Virus record (IMG/VR): IMGVR_UViG_3300042568_000222
Reading direction: 5' to 3' (one strand)
Source: an uncultured virus (IMG/VR IMGVR_UViG_3300042568_000222)
Taxonomy: Duplodnaviria; Heunggongvirae; Uroviricota; Caudoviricetes; Crassvirales
DNA length: 64,000 nucleotides
In this document: piece by piece, positions 39,201 to 49,100 of the stretch
Position numbering within the stretch: the stretch's first letter is position 1
Layout: the number at the start of each line of letters is the position of its first letter
The notes under the pieces: generated by a model
What the model was told of the DNA's origin: nothing
Databases searched by the model: none
The model's input: only the letters and a program-made list of their open reading frames with translations
Made by a program: the position numbers and the translations under genes

Positions 39201-42143
39201 CCAGACATAGTTGCCAATGATGAATTGTTTGTGACTAATCAAAGTCAAACATATGAAATAAGCAAAAGATACGGAATTGTTATTCAAAACAATGCTGTTA
39301 AATGCACAACTACACCATTAACGAAAAACAATCCAGGGATACTTTATTTAGATCCAAGTGAATACGACCAAGCTATAACACACGCAGAAGTAGAGATTGT
39401 ACAGTACAATTCTTCACTTAATTTCTTTTATGATTATAGCGGATATAGATCTTTTAAGGCTAACTCTATGCACGATTTCGGCATAATATTTTATGACGAA
39501 AGAGGTAGACATGGCTTTGTAAATCCGATTGGTAGTTTGTATGTGCCTGGCTACTCTGATCAGGAAAGAGGCGCTGGAAACAAGGGAAAAGTGGACGTGT
39601 TGATTTCACCTTTGCAAGTACCGCAAGCCCCTTTTTGGGCCAGATACTACCAATACGCGCATACAAGATCTACATCTATATCAGACTTTATTCAGTATTC
39701 TTCTGGCGGAGGATTTGTCAAATGGGGAGGTGACCAAGATCAGGAAAAGAATATCTACGTCTCCCTTAACTACCTACAGACAAGCATCGTTTCCTACATG
39801 AGCGCCTTTGGTGCAAGAAGCCCAGAAGGAGGTGTTCAGATATACAAGCACAGAAAAGGGGACAGACTTAGGGTTCTGTCTTATAAAGATTCAGATGGGT
39901 CTACTATATATCCAAACAACTTTGACTTTGAAATAGTTGACGTAGTCAATCTTGGCGACTCTGAAAATCCATTGCATCAAGGGGAAACAACACCTCCATT
40001 CAATAAGATGGGAGAGTTTGTTATCCTAAAAGATAACTTAGCGGCCTATCCATTTAACTATGGATCGGTAGGCGCAGGTTCTGGTTGGGATCAAAACTGC
40101 ATCATAGAGATTTACTCCCCATCTAAAGTGTCTGAGCAAGGACAAAAGATTTATTATGAAATCGGCCCAGTTCAGAAAGTTGTAAATGATGGAGTTCTTC
40201 CTCAAACCATCCTTGCCAATGGTGACGTATGGTGGAGAAAGGTAGCTGTAAACTTTAGAGAATTTGAAAATGGCGTATTTAACGATTTGCTTATAAACAC
40301 TGAAGACAGTGGTGGTAGCAACTCTTCAAAATCCAACTTCAAGAGTTACTACCTTGAAACAAAGACATTTACAGATCTTGTACGCGGGGATTCTATCGGG
40401 GTTGGCAGGCCAAACAGCGTCCTCAAAAGCGCCAAGGAGACAAGAAACGAGTCTAGCGTCACTTACTCAGACCCAACAGCGGCCTCTAGTTACAGGTCTT
40501 TCTACTCGTCATTCAATCAGTCTTTGTTCAACTACAAGGACATCCCAGACATTTATGGATCTGTAAACTTCCTTATTGACAGGGGCGACTCAATTCTTGT
40601 GATTCAGGAAGACAAGGTTTGCTACCTGCCAATATCTAGAAACTTGTTGAGTGACAACGCAAACAACGAGTTTCTTGTATCGTCTACAGAAATCCTTGGG
40701 ACTCCAAGGTTCTACGCTGGCAAGGCTGGATGCGATAACAACCCCGAATCAGTTGTAGACGTAGACGGCATAGTGTACTTCGTTCACAAGTCAACTGGAA
40801 AGGTCTTTAAGGTAACCTCTACTGGAATCGAGGACGTGTCTTCTGAAGGTATGTCTTCGTATTTAAGGAATGTATTTCAGAACATTCTGAACACTTCCGC
40901 CTATGTGTCTAAGCTAGACATCAAAGTTATTGGTGGGTACGATCCGCTGAACGAAGAGTATCTCTTTACCATTAAGCGTATCGACGCTGTAGACAGAGGC
41001 GCTGTAGCTCTTGCCATAGGTAATAAGTCTGGATGCAGAAACCCAGCTGCTTGCAACTACGACCCTGAAGCGGTAATTGACGACGGAAGCTGTGTCTTCG
41101 CTATACCTGGAAGAGACTGTGATGGGAAGTGTTTGGAGGACGAGGATGGGGATGGTATCTGTGACGATAGAGATCCAGTGATTTGGGGCTGCACTGACCC
41201 AGCCGCTTGCAACTACGATCCTAAAGCCACCAACAACCCAACTGATGGTCAGGCTCCTTCATGCTATTACTCTACGGATGAGTTCTTGGATTGCGATGGA
41301 AACTGCATTGAATTCCACCCAGACACGAACTTTGGAAATCTGCCTAACGCACCATACAAAGTAGGTCCTTTGTGTAAAACAGAACCATTGGTTAGAGGCT
41401 GCACAGTGCCAGAATATGACTCATATGACCCTAACGCAACATATCCGTATAACTCAAGCGGTCTGTTCTTGTGTTACAACTTAACACCACCAACTCTTGG
41501 GGGCGGGGGAGAAGGCCCAGTAGTCATTGGGGGTGGGGGCGGCGGAATAGTCCAGTCAGGGGATGGTGGGGCTGTAGTCACAGGCGGAGATGCTGGAACA
41601 GCTTTGGGTGACAACGGAGGAATTGTTGTTACTGGAAGTCCCGATCCATTTGTCCCTCAGAATACAGTCGTAGTAAACACCGTCGAAAAGTTTATTGAAT
41701 ACAATGGTCTTAAACTGTCTGATATAAAAGAGGTATTTAAGTTCACTCAAAACAAAGCAGACAAACTGCATCAAGCGTTTAACCTGTATGACTTTGACGG
41801 AGACAATGCTGTAACGATTCAGGATATGTTGCAACTGTTGTCTAGGCTGGAGACAGACGTAAATACAGATTACGTTATACCCCCAACAAGACCTTCTGGT
41901 GAAGCCCTTACAGAGCAAATAAATCAAGTGATGTCTACTGCATTGAAGTTGCACGAAGCATACGTAGTGTCAAGAACTCAGGTGGCCCCACTGTATGATG
42001 TAAACGTACAAGATTACTTGATGTATCTTGCTGGTCTAGCTGGACCTCCGCAGTCTATATACTCGTCTCCCTCTTCTACACTGAGTACCACCGAGGAAAA
42101 CGCTGTAAGTAATTTGTTGGACTTTTTAGCTGGTAATGCATAA
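36282..42143 (+). CDS. Tail stabilisation/nozzle protein, N-terminal part, with Cys-rich and dockerin-like C-terminal extension
   Basis: DALNVR, YFTDNNNEPRKVN, FAYQFVY, NRLFYGNYVDG, GIIFYDERGR, YFVHK..GKV, IGGYDP. Confidence 0.8.
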   Translation: MINKILPRQLDSTTDLKLTAENAMVDALNVRYTVNETSSNADGDDSSGDAGVLKNIKGNVRANYLNSWDKLIQDEEEVIKFRTLGSVVDNKAKIIYFFVWSSRPSEHGIYAYDPYGKLPKNKTNGAGLKNSVRLIMKSSEFKFQPDSFVSADIVHVNMSEFARHDAVRTKMIDEGIWDDMNTDTLIYFTDNNNEPRKVNAYRALLNNQQQSTGNQGYASYSIFEVRDLICACPRTPLHKIDFEFGQDPTFAESNFKNTNSFQFAYQFVYRDGIESSISPYSLNAVPVVLLEQGSNTAVNYITNNVCVLTVPEWNKEVEFVKILVREGDNGSWLVLDEVSTTESSENWLFSSRNYKFYNNKVLTGVSAEEVAKQFDNVPKMAQCQVVSNNRLFYGNYVDGFDNVKVEAKITPLFSERDTERDTAIKIISGIRPHAEWRPDDPISNKINKNRMYNGGSNYIIDAREATILRNGDVVEFNLSIAPDRNFHIYRKGTRMPSADVKTADRYYNGDPFYEEVNENGENREYFHSRPESEFAGYSKSIWGYTPIKSNVNYRYFHPIVKSDDVLSKVKFGSSPENPLIIKGGQLSFSVSFKYNGEDVDGENASNVIGLTVAELLSGTELTYSDQIEVITNNNQFVYSLDLGLNDFDKIKNSRGLLGCNALGEALEDYDEPDPRANLICAIGDENGFDSNVVAGSYINGPCGYFIVNKAKVRFSFDFVKKANNTENSVCELLLNIDKIEGIDAFTCLRSPQQLSSWYVVSKNTLAQNNAIGSETAEGIVSEIADTDINDFLFTINPNQQFANDWSDFSSNSTGNEIKGARNYLKQFGYLDLEEINEQDLSRNKWSFEFAPDVNKVGVCVTDGEVGPGGIGGSATYNSLQLYKHGSVSLINNFFPSQAIAQESQTPEVEGLSNYEAQILSNTLGGAFAQSIIPISFDINNVYSGVSSIGTNGGLLYAIGGTFFTGHTQWTVILPDIVANDELFVTNQSQTYEISKRYGIVIQNNAVKCTTTPLTKNNPGILYLDPSEYDQAITHAEVEIVQYNSSLNFFYDYSGYRSFKANSMHDFGIIFYDERGRHGFVNPIGSLYVPGYSDQERGAGNKGKVDVLISPLQVPQAPFWARYYQYAHTRSTSISDFIQYSSGGGFVKWGGDQDQEKNIYVSLNYLQTSIVSYMSAFGARSPEGGVQIYKHRKGDRLRVLSYKDSDGSTIYPNNFDFEIVDVVNLGDSENPLHQGETTPPFNKMGEFVILKDNLAAYPFNYGSVGAGSGWDQNCIIEIYSPSKVSEQGQKIYYEIGPVQKVVNDGVLPQTILANGDVWWRKVAVNFREFENGVFNDLLINTEDSGGSNSSKSNFKSYYLETKTFTDLVRGDSIGVGRPNSVLKSAKETRNESSVTYSDPTAASSYRSFYSSFNQSLFNYKDIPDIYGSVNFLIDRGDSILVIQEDKVCYLPISRNLLSDNANNEFLVSSTEILGTPRFYAGKAGCDNNPESVVDVDGIVYFVHKSTGKVFKVTSTGIEDVSSEGMSSYLRNVFQNILNTSAYVSKLDIKVIGGYDPLNEEYLFTIKRIDAVDRGAVALAIGNKSGCRNPAACNYDPEAVIDDGSCVFAIPGRDCDGKCLEDEDGDGICDDRDPVIWGCTDPAACNYDPKATNNPTDGQAPSCYYSTDEFLDCDGNCIEFHPDTNFGNLPNAPYKVGPLCKTEPLVRGCTVPEYDSYDPNATYPYNSSGLFLCYNLTPPTLGGGGEGPVVIGGGGGGIVQSGDGGAVVTGGDAGTALGDNGGIVVTGSPDPFVPQNTVVVNTVEKFIEYNGLKLSDIKEVFKFTQNKADKLHQAFNLYDFDGDNAVTIQDMLQLLSRLETDVNTDYVIPPTRPSGEALTEQINQVMSTALKLHEAYVVSRTQVAPLYDVNVQDYLMYLAGLAGPPQSIYSSPSSTLSTTEENAVSNLLDFLAGNA

Positions 42144-42658
42144 TGAATACACCAGAGCTAATTGAAGCAGTTGCACAGCAACCAGCTGTTGTACCGAATA
42201 ACGTAAACGATCTGCTTTCTTACTTGGCGGCTCAACCACAGATACAGGTGGCTGCCCCAATTGACGCAACGGAAGATGAAGTCACGTTGGTAGATGCCAT
42301 AAACAATGCTATACAGACTATCCAGTTCTTAATATCACTTCAGAATTCATACACCGTATTGGTTCAGATCCCTGCGCAGACAAGCAAGGGGGTACAGACC
42401 AACAACACCAGAGAAAAGCAACTGCTTAACGTGTTGGCCTACAACGAAGAAACCGTAAAGAGCTTTTACGATAGGCTTTTGTTCTGGAAAGAAGTTAGGG
42501 ACCCAGACCTGTTCTTCAAGATAAACATTGCTTGTTTAAGTAACAACGTATCTGATTTCTGGATTGGGGTTGACGATCAGTTAAACTTCCTTTCCTATTA
42601 CGGAACACAATACTCAACTAAAAGAACTGATTGGGGAGAATCTAAACTAATACCATGA
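42143..42658 (+). CDS. Hypothetical protein with degenerate dockerin-like motif
   Basis: IGVDDQLNFLSYYGT and VNDLLSYL; coupled on both sides. Confidence 0.6.
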   Translation: MNTPELIEAVAQQPAVVPNNVNDLLSYLAAQPQIQVAAPIDATEDEVTLVDAINNAIQTIQFLISLQNSYTVLVQIPAQTSKGVQTNNTREKQLLNVLAYNEETVKSFYDRLLFWKEVRDPDLFFKINIACLSNNVSDFWIGVDDQLNFLSYYGTQYSTKRTDWGESKLIP

Positions 42659-43638
42659 GAACATTCGCATTTTCCACGTCTTCTGGGTATTTTACGAGCA
42701 GATATTCTTTTGAGCCAGACTGCTATGCGTCTGTAGATAACGTGTTTATCTCCATGAACAAGGTGGATCAACCACCTGAACTTGTTCAACAGCAGGGGCC
42801 GTTAAACAATATCTGTTGGGTTCATAACGTGAACCCTAGCATGAACACCTTCTACGATTCGTCGTATCGGAGCGAAGTATCTGTCGTGTCAAATGAGGAT
42901 CCTTCGAAGGAGAAGGTATTCAACTCTTTGTCGCTGGAAGTAAATAAGAGCAATCCAGATGCGTTCTTCTCTACGATATCTACCAATCTAGAAGACACTA
43001 GCGAAGTGCAATTGTCATCTGTTCCAAAGTTCACAAGGAGGGAAGGTAACTTATATGCTGCCATAGGATCTAGCAGCAAGAACTCTACGAGCAATATCAA
43101 GTTTATTGGATATAGGGTGGGCGCGACATTTAACCTTGTCATTAACCCAAACAACCCTTCACTTGCTGATGGATTTGTGATCAATATGTTCTTCCCTACT
43201 GGTCACGTACCTGTTGGTCCATCTAGTAGACTTTTGTTGCAGAACGTGAATAACGAGATGACTTATATGCATAATCCGTCGTCTCCGTTTACGTCTCAGT
43301 TTAATAAAAACACCTTGTACTACAACTCCAAGTTCTGCATAGCAAGTATCAATGGAAATGGCCCAGTGTATTCAGTTTATATACAGTCAGTTAACGGATC
43401 AGATGCAGGAACTCCTATTCCGTTTGCTATAAATAACTCAACGACTATAGACGATTTCTTTGAACTCAATAGGCCCATGTTTGCTGTATCTAACGCTGTC
43501 ACTCACGGGGATAGCATGAGGGGCAAGTACGCGCTTGTGTTCTTATCTACGACAGAGACTGCTAAAACACAGCCCTTTGAGCTGTACGCTATTAACGTAG
43601 ATTATGCTCAATCCAAGCTGGACTCTAGTTTGGGGTAA
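42655..43638 (+). CDS. Tail stabilisation protein, C-terminal part
   Basis: TFAFS..FTSRYSFEP, WVHN..NTFY, NEDPSKEKVFNSLSLE, REGNLYA, GDSMRGKYA, ELYAIN. Confidence 0.7.
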   Translation: MRTFAFSTSSGYFTSRYSFEPDCYASVDNVFISMNKVDQPPELVQQQGPLNNICWVHNVNPSMNTFYDSSYRSEVSVVSNEDPSKEKVFNSLSLEVNKSNPDAFFSTISTNLEDTSEVQLSSVPKFTRREGNLYAAIGSSSKNSTSNIKFIGYRVGATFNLVINPNNPSLADGFVINMFFPTGHVPVGPSSRLLLQNVNNEMTYMHNPSSPFTSQFNKNTLYYNSKFCIASINGNGPVYSVYIQSVNGSDAGTPIPFAINNSTTIDDFFELNRPMFAVSNAVTHGDSMRGKYALVFLSTTETAKTQPFELYAINVDYAQSKLDSSLG

Positions 43639-43674
43639 TTGTGATAAATTTGTAACTTATAATATTTAGAAGTA

Positions 43675-44661
43675 ATGGCAACAGGGGGATTTAACATAGA
43701 GGCGCTTAAAAGTTTGATGGAAAATCCCGCGTTCCGTCAAATGATGTCTGGATGGAGTCCTACGGCAGGAGGACAGACTATGTTTGGACAAGACATCCCA
43801 GGCCAAATCCCTGGTGGTGGAATCCTTCAGGGTGCTGCTTCTGTAGCTGGTGGCATCGCAGACCTCATCGCTTCTAACAAGCGTATCGCAGGGCAGAGGG
43901 GATACGCGGAACAGGCTCAAGCTGGACAAGCAGCGTTTGAAGGTGATGTGAAGAGCGGAAAGTATGACGCTCGTGTAGCACAGGCTCAACGAGATCTTGC
44001 TCAGGCTGGTATGCGCAAGTCGGATACCACTCCGCTGCAAGAGGCTTCCGCAGGGGCTATGAAGGCTTTGTCTTCTGACCCTAGAGCCTTGGCTGGAGCA
44101 TTGACTGGAATACAGCGTACGGAAGCATCTGGAAGGATGGCTATGCAGGAACAGGATCTTCAAAGAGAACTTGCATCAAAGGGGAGGCTTGCCGATCTAG
44201 AACAAAATGCTTTAGACACTAACATTGGGTTTAAAAGAAATCTCGGATACGAGAAGTTTCAGCGTAACATAGATGCAGAACGCATGGCAAAGCAGAACAT
44301 CGAGACGCTTATGGATCGACGCTCTGATGCTTGGACAGATATCGCTGGAGGTGTACTCAGTGCTGCCCAATCAGCGTTCATGCCAACTGCACAGAAGGGT
44401 GCAAAGGTTCAGAAGACCCCAGGTGAGTTCAGCCACAAAAAAAATCCTATCGACATCATGAAGGATGGGATGAAGGTGGGTGAGATGACTGGTGGTGAGT
44501 ACATCATCAATCCTGAACAAGCAGACACGATTGAAGACGCTTTCGAAAAGATCAAGGAGAACCAAAAGAAAGGGAAACAGCCTTCTACGCAAGAGCTTAT
44601 GATGCTCTACAAAGCAGTTAGAAGTGTATTCTCTCAACCACAATTTCAAGACGAAGATTAA
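43675..44661 (+). CDS. Putative internal virion/ejection protein 1
   Basis: Ala/Gln/Gly-rich helical; C-terminal TPGEFSHKKNPI..GEMTGGEYIINP. Confidence 0.65.
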   Translation: MATGGFNIEALKSLMENPAFRQMMSGWSPTAGGQTMFGQDIPGQIPGGGILQGAASVAGGIADLIASNKRIAGQRGYAEQAQAGQAAFEGDVKSGKYDARVAQAQRDLAQAGMRKSDTTPLQEASAGAMKALSSDPRALAGALTGIQRTEASGRMAMQEQDLQRELASKGRLADLEQNALDTNIGFKRNLGYEKFQRNIDAERMAKQNIETLMDRRSDAWTDIAGGVLSAAQSAFMPTAQKGAKVQKTPGEFSHKKNPIDIMKDGMKVGEMTGGEYIINPEQADTIEDAFEKIKENQKKGKQPSTQELMMLYKAVRSVFSQPQFQDED

Positions 44662-44663
44662 AC

Positions 44664-46130
44664 GTGGAAGTAGTAGCACAAGTAAACCCCAGGAAGTCTA
44701 CATCGCAGGCTCTGAGGGAACAGGTAGAACTCGTAAACGAGCAATATCAGCGTAACCTCAACCAGCGTGTTGCCCAGCAAGACCGTAGAGATGCATTTAT
44801 GTACTCTCAACTGGAGAAGCTGTACAACTTTAAGCTTAATGGATGGAATCCCACATACGTGCAGGAGTTTGGGAAGTTACAGCAACACGTAGCAGGGAAA
44901 CTTGCTAACGCTGAATACGATAACCCAGCAGCATTTCTATCTGATGTGTCCAGACTGGCTGGCACTCACGCTGGATTGGATCAGCATTTTCAGCAAAGAA
45001 AAGATTCTCTGAAGACCTTGACCAATTACGTTGCAAACCCAGGCAGCTATCCAGACAAAACGGTTATTGTGCGGGATACGGAAGAAAGCATACAGCAAAA
45101 AGACGGTTATTACTTTAGTGCTGGCATTGCAAATCCAAAAGCAAACACTGATAACCTTTCTATTCAAGGGCAGTTTATTGGACTTGATGGAACTCCAATT
45201 CAAATAGCAGAAGGCGTGTCAACGGGAGACGTTTTGATGCACCCACATCTTGGTGATACAAACGTGTACTTCCCCACATTGGAGAAGAGAGGGGACGTGT
45301 CACCAGAAGAGTTTGCTCAGTTGTTTGCAAAAACAGTAGACGGGCAGCTTGAAGGTGGTGTACAGGGTGCGGCGCTGATAAAGAAAATCAGGGCAGCCAT
45401 GAATGAAAGGCTTGGAATGGATCAAGACGGTATGCTTCAGCAATCTGCTACAAACTTATTTAAGGCAGACGGTATGGAATATTTGCCATCGACAGAAGAT
45501 TCACCTGGCATGGATGCAAACACGTATTACGTAAACAGAGCATTGGAGTACATCCAGCAAAAACAAAGGAAGATCACTCAGCCGTCTCAACCAAAAGATC
45601 CAAGCGCACAACAGACGGCCCTTATCGCGCTTATAAATAGCGCAACAAAACAAACAAGACCAGTCAACGAGGCTGTAAGCGGTATGCCAAGCTTTACTGG
45701 AGCGTACCCAGTTGAAGCTGGGCCTGTGGGGGAAACAGTTTACCAAACCCCACACTTGGCAGACAAACAAGGCCCATCAGAAGGCATTGACATTACCAGA
45801 TACCTTCCTTCTGAATACCTTCCTGTATCACAGGCTACAGGAGTCATGGACTACACTGGCATGGGGGCGGCGGCGGCAACAGCACCTAAAGGTGTATTTG
45901 CGAGACCAAGAACAGTCGCAATTAGAGATAACGGAGATTATGTGCTTAGGAATCTTGCTGGATCAGAGGGATCTAGACTTCCAGCGGAGGTAGTAATCCC
46001 CAAAGAAGACAGGGACAAGATTCAAGAAATAAGTAATTACTTCACCCCTGTATACGGGATAACATTGGATGCTATTCACGCAAACTATGGTTCTAGAATT
46101 CAGGCCCCCTTATTTAACGGAGCAAACTAA
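44664..46130 (+). CDS. Putative internal virion/ejection protein 2
   Basis: 488 aa, GTG start, between the tail block and the giant gene. Confidence 0.6.
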   Translation: MEVVAQVNPRKSTSQALREQVELVNEQYQRNLNQRVAQQDRRDAFMYSQLEKLYNFKLNGWNPTYVQEFGKLQQHVAGKLANAEYDNPAAFLSDVSRLAGTHAGLDQHFQQRKDSLKTLTNYVANPGSYPDKTVIVRDTEESIQQKDGYYFSAGIANPKANTDNLSIQGQFIGLDGTPIQIAEGVSTGDVLMHPHLGDTNVYFPTLEKRGDVSPEEFAQLFAKTVDGQLEGGVQGAALIKKIRAAMNERLGMDQDGMLQQSATNLFKADGMEYLPSTEDSPGMDANTYYVNRALEYIQQKQRKITQPSQPKDPSAQQTALIALINSATKQTRPVNEAVSGMPSFTGAYPVEAGPVGETVYQTPHLADKQGPSEGIDITRYLPSEYLPVSQATGVMDYTGMGAAAATAPKGVFARPRTVAIRDNGDYVLRNLAGSEGSRLPAEVVIPKEDRDKIQEISNYFTPVYGITLDAIHANYGSRIQAPLFNGAN

Positions 46131-49100
46131 TGAACGAAAACTTCGAAAAGCTTTATAAGTACTTGTACGACAACGGAAGTACAACCTTAGGGAGAGACGA
46201 GTTCTACGGCATCTACGCATCGGAGCCAGATCAGTACGAAAAGCTGTATGGCCACCTCCTTGACAAGGGATTGACCACATTGTCATCGGATGCTTTCTAT
46301 GACGAATACTTCGGCAATCAAAAAAAAAAAGAAACGTCGAACGTACCTCAAGTGTATCAGCCGCCTCTGGCGAAACTTCAGCAGCAACAAAGAGGCATAA
46401 CTGGTTCACGCGTCTCAGAAGGGCAATCTGCGGATGTAATTGAGCCTTTCTCATATACTCCTAAAGAACAGCTTTTCCTTCAGAACGTAGCCCTTCGCGA
46501 TGCCACAACTGTAGCTGGGTATACTGATCGCCAGTGGAGAGATGCTCAGATAGGTAAGGTAGGAGGAGGCGAGAAGGCTGAGCGTGATTACCTGCCTCTC
46601 GCAGCGGCTATAAACCTCCCAAACAACCCTGCTGCTTCTTTTGCTGCACAGGCTGTAGCAGACATCCCTATTGTAGGAGACTATATTGATGACCTCGCTA
46701 GGTCGCTTGCATATGGATCGACACAAAACGATGCCTTTGCCGCTGCTTTTGACCTCATGGAGGACAAGAAAGAAAAGGGCAGAGTAACTAGTGAGAACCT
46801 AAGCAGATACATAGAAGAGACCAAAAACAAAGAGCGTTTCGAAACACTGTATGGGGTAACTCAAGAAACGGAAGACCTGTTCAAAACCATAGAGGAGGAG
46901 GGGAATACTGTTTATGGGCTTCTAAAGGGCATATGGCAGAACCCTACATCAGCGCCGTTGATATCTGCTCAGATGCTTCCGTTGATGTTGAATCAAAAAT
47001 CTGTCTCAGCAGCAGCAGCAACGATTGCTGCGGGGGCAGGGGTAGGTGCTGGGGTTGGGGTATTGGCTGGTGGTGTAGGTGCTATTCCTGGGGCAGGGGT
47101 AGGTGCTTTGGAGTCAATTCCTATCGCTATGGGTGTAGCAGCAGGATCCATGGAGAAAGCAGCTTCGTTTGGTCAATATCTGAATGAAGCCTTGGAAGCC
47201 AGAGGTCTGGAGTTCAATGACGAGAACATCAGCATGGTGCTTAACAACCCAAGCATCTACGCAGACATATATACCAGAGCATCTAAAAGGGCAAATACCA
47301 TTGGTATTGTCAGCGCAATGACTTCTTTGGCTGCTGGGGCATATGCCGCTCATGCATCTTCGGCAGGATATTCTAAATTGACTACTGGCTTGGTGTCAGC
47401 TGGAATCGGTACTGTGGGGGAGGGATTGGGTGAGGGATTGGCTCAAGTAAGGGCAGGAGACGATATAAATGCAGCGGAGATAGGATTGGAGATGATTGGG
47501 GGTCCAGGCGAAGCGTTGGTAACGGCTGGCACTGAATACATCCGTAACAGAAGACAAAAGATTGTTGAGCCAATTGCCACGGCAAAAAACCCTGTAATAG
47601 ACAAGGACAACCCGTACAAGATCAACGGGTCACCTGTATCTCGTGAAGACCTTATGGCTACGCTGAACGCGGTCCCTGCCGAAGAGTTCTCGGAGTACAC
47701 ATTTGATTACGGGGATGATGCAGAATTGCGTGAAGCAGTAAGGGACAAGGCGATGAAGTCTAAGACGCTGATACAAGCGTTGCAGATGGATGAGTTCAAG
47801 GATATGGATGCTGCCGACCTGAAGCAGTTGGTTGACTTACAAACAAGAAGACAGACTCTACTTGAAGGTGCTACGGAAGCGTCGATCAATACGTCTAGCC
47901 CACTCATCAGAACTCAGGTGCAAGAGATTGATTCTCAGATAGAAGCAATCACATCTAAGTACATGGCTAAGCCTGTGCAAGAAGCCGTACAGGAAACGCC
48001 CGACACTACAGTTAGAGAGCTGATTAACAGACCTGTATCGATCTCCTCATTTGGAGTTAGCAAGAACGGAACTCCCATAGATGGAGATATGTACCTCGAT
48101 GGTCAGACCGTTGTAGTGGACGATGGAAATACCATTTACGAACTTGGTAGTGCGGCAGAGATCTTGGACAAGCCAGCCAGTGAATTGGGCGTTACGTCCC
48201 AAAAGTCTGAAGTGACGATCACCCCTGACGGGAGGTTTAACATAGAGGGGAAGAACTACGTATCGCAACTTGACCTCCCTACATATGGGATTGAATATGA
48301 CGATGCGGGAAGACCGTTTAGGGTGTCGCTGAAAGAAGCAGATGGGGAGCAGAGAATGATGATAGAGGGACAGAAAGCAGTTGATGCCGCCTACCAGATC
48401 CTTTTGCAGCAGGCTCAATCCCCTCAACAAGCAGAACGTGTAAATCAAGCATTAGAACAAAATGAAGAATTCCAACGAGACTATGCAGCAGCAGCAGCAA
48501 CAAGAGACACAGACAGGCTTGCAAAACCTAGAAAAGTTGTTCCTGTTGCCCAAAGAAAAGCAAATCCAGTATCTAAGACAGGCGCTTCAGCAGCAACCGC
48601 AAGCAGAAATGTAAGGCGGTCGTTTAAGAAGGTCACTCAAGATCTGCTTACGGCATCTACGCCACAGCAAACGGCGAAAGCCTTGAGCGACTACGACTTC
48701 CTCATCAACAATAACCTTACCCCTACCAGACAGGCACAGAAGGTCTACGATGAAGTCAAGAAACAATTTGAGGGTCAGGGATACACATACAACGATGGCA
48801 TCTCTATAGGGGCGGAATACACGCCTGAGATGGCAGCAGATATTACAGAACTGCCTTCAAACAATATCCCTGTAGGGAAGACGGTTGTCAGCGGCATCGT
48901 GGAGCCATCAGTTACGCAGAACGGGGAGGTCGTGCAAAAGGCCAAGGTGGTTGCACATACGGGTGTAGGAAAGAAGAAGGGCGGCAAGAAGGCTATGAAG
49001 GAAGAGGATGGTGTGTTCATAGCGCAGAACAAGAAGCAGATGCAAGAGCTGCTGATCAACTTGTTTGGCCTTCCACCAGATCAAGCCAAGGCAGCAGCTG

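Noticed and set aside
41785..41850. DFDGD resembling the RNA polymerase catalytic NADFDGD motif
   Set aside because: The context YDFDGDNAVTIQDMLQLL fits an EF-hand/dockerin loop in a tail protein; no polymerase context
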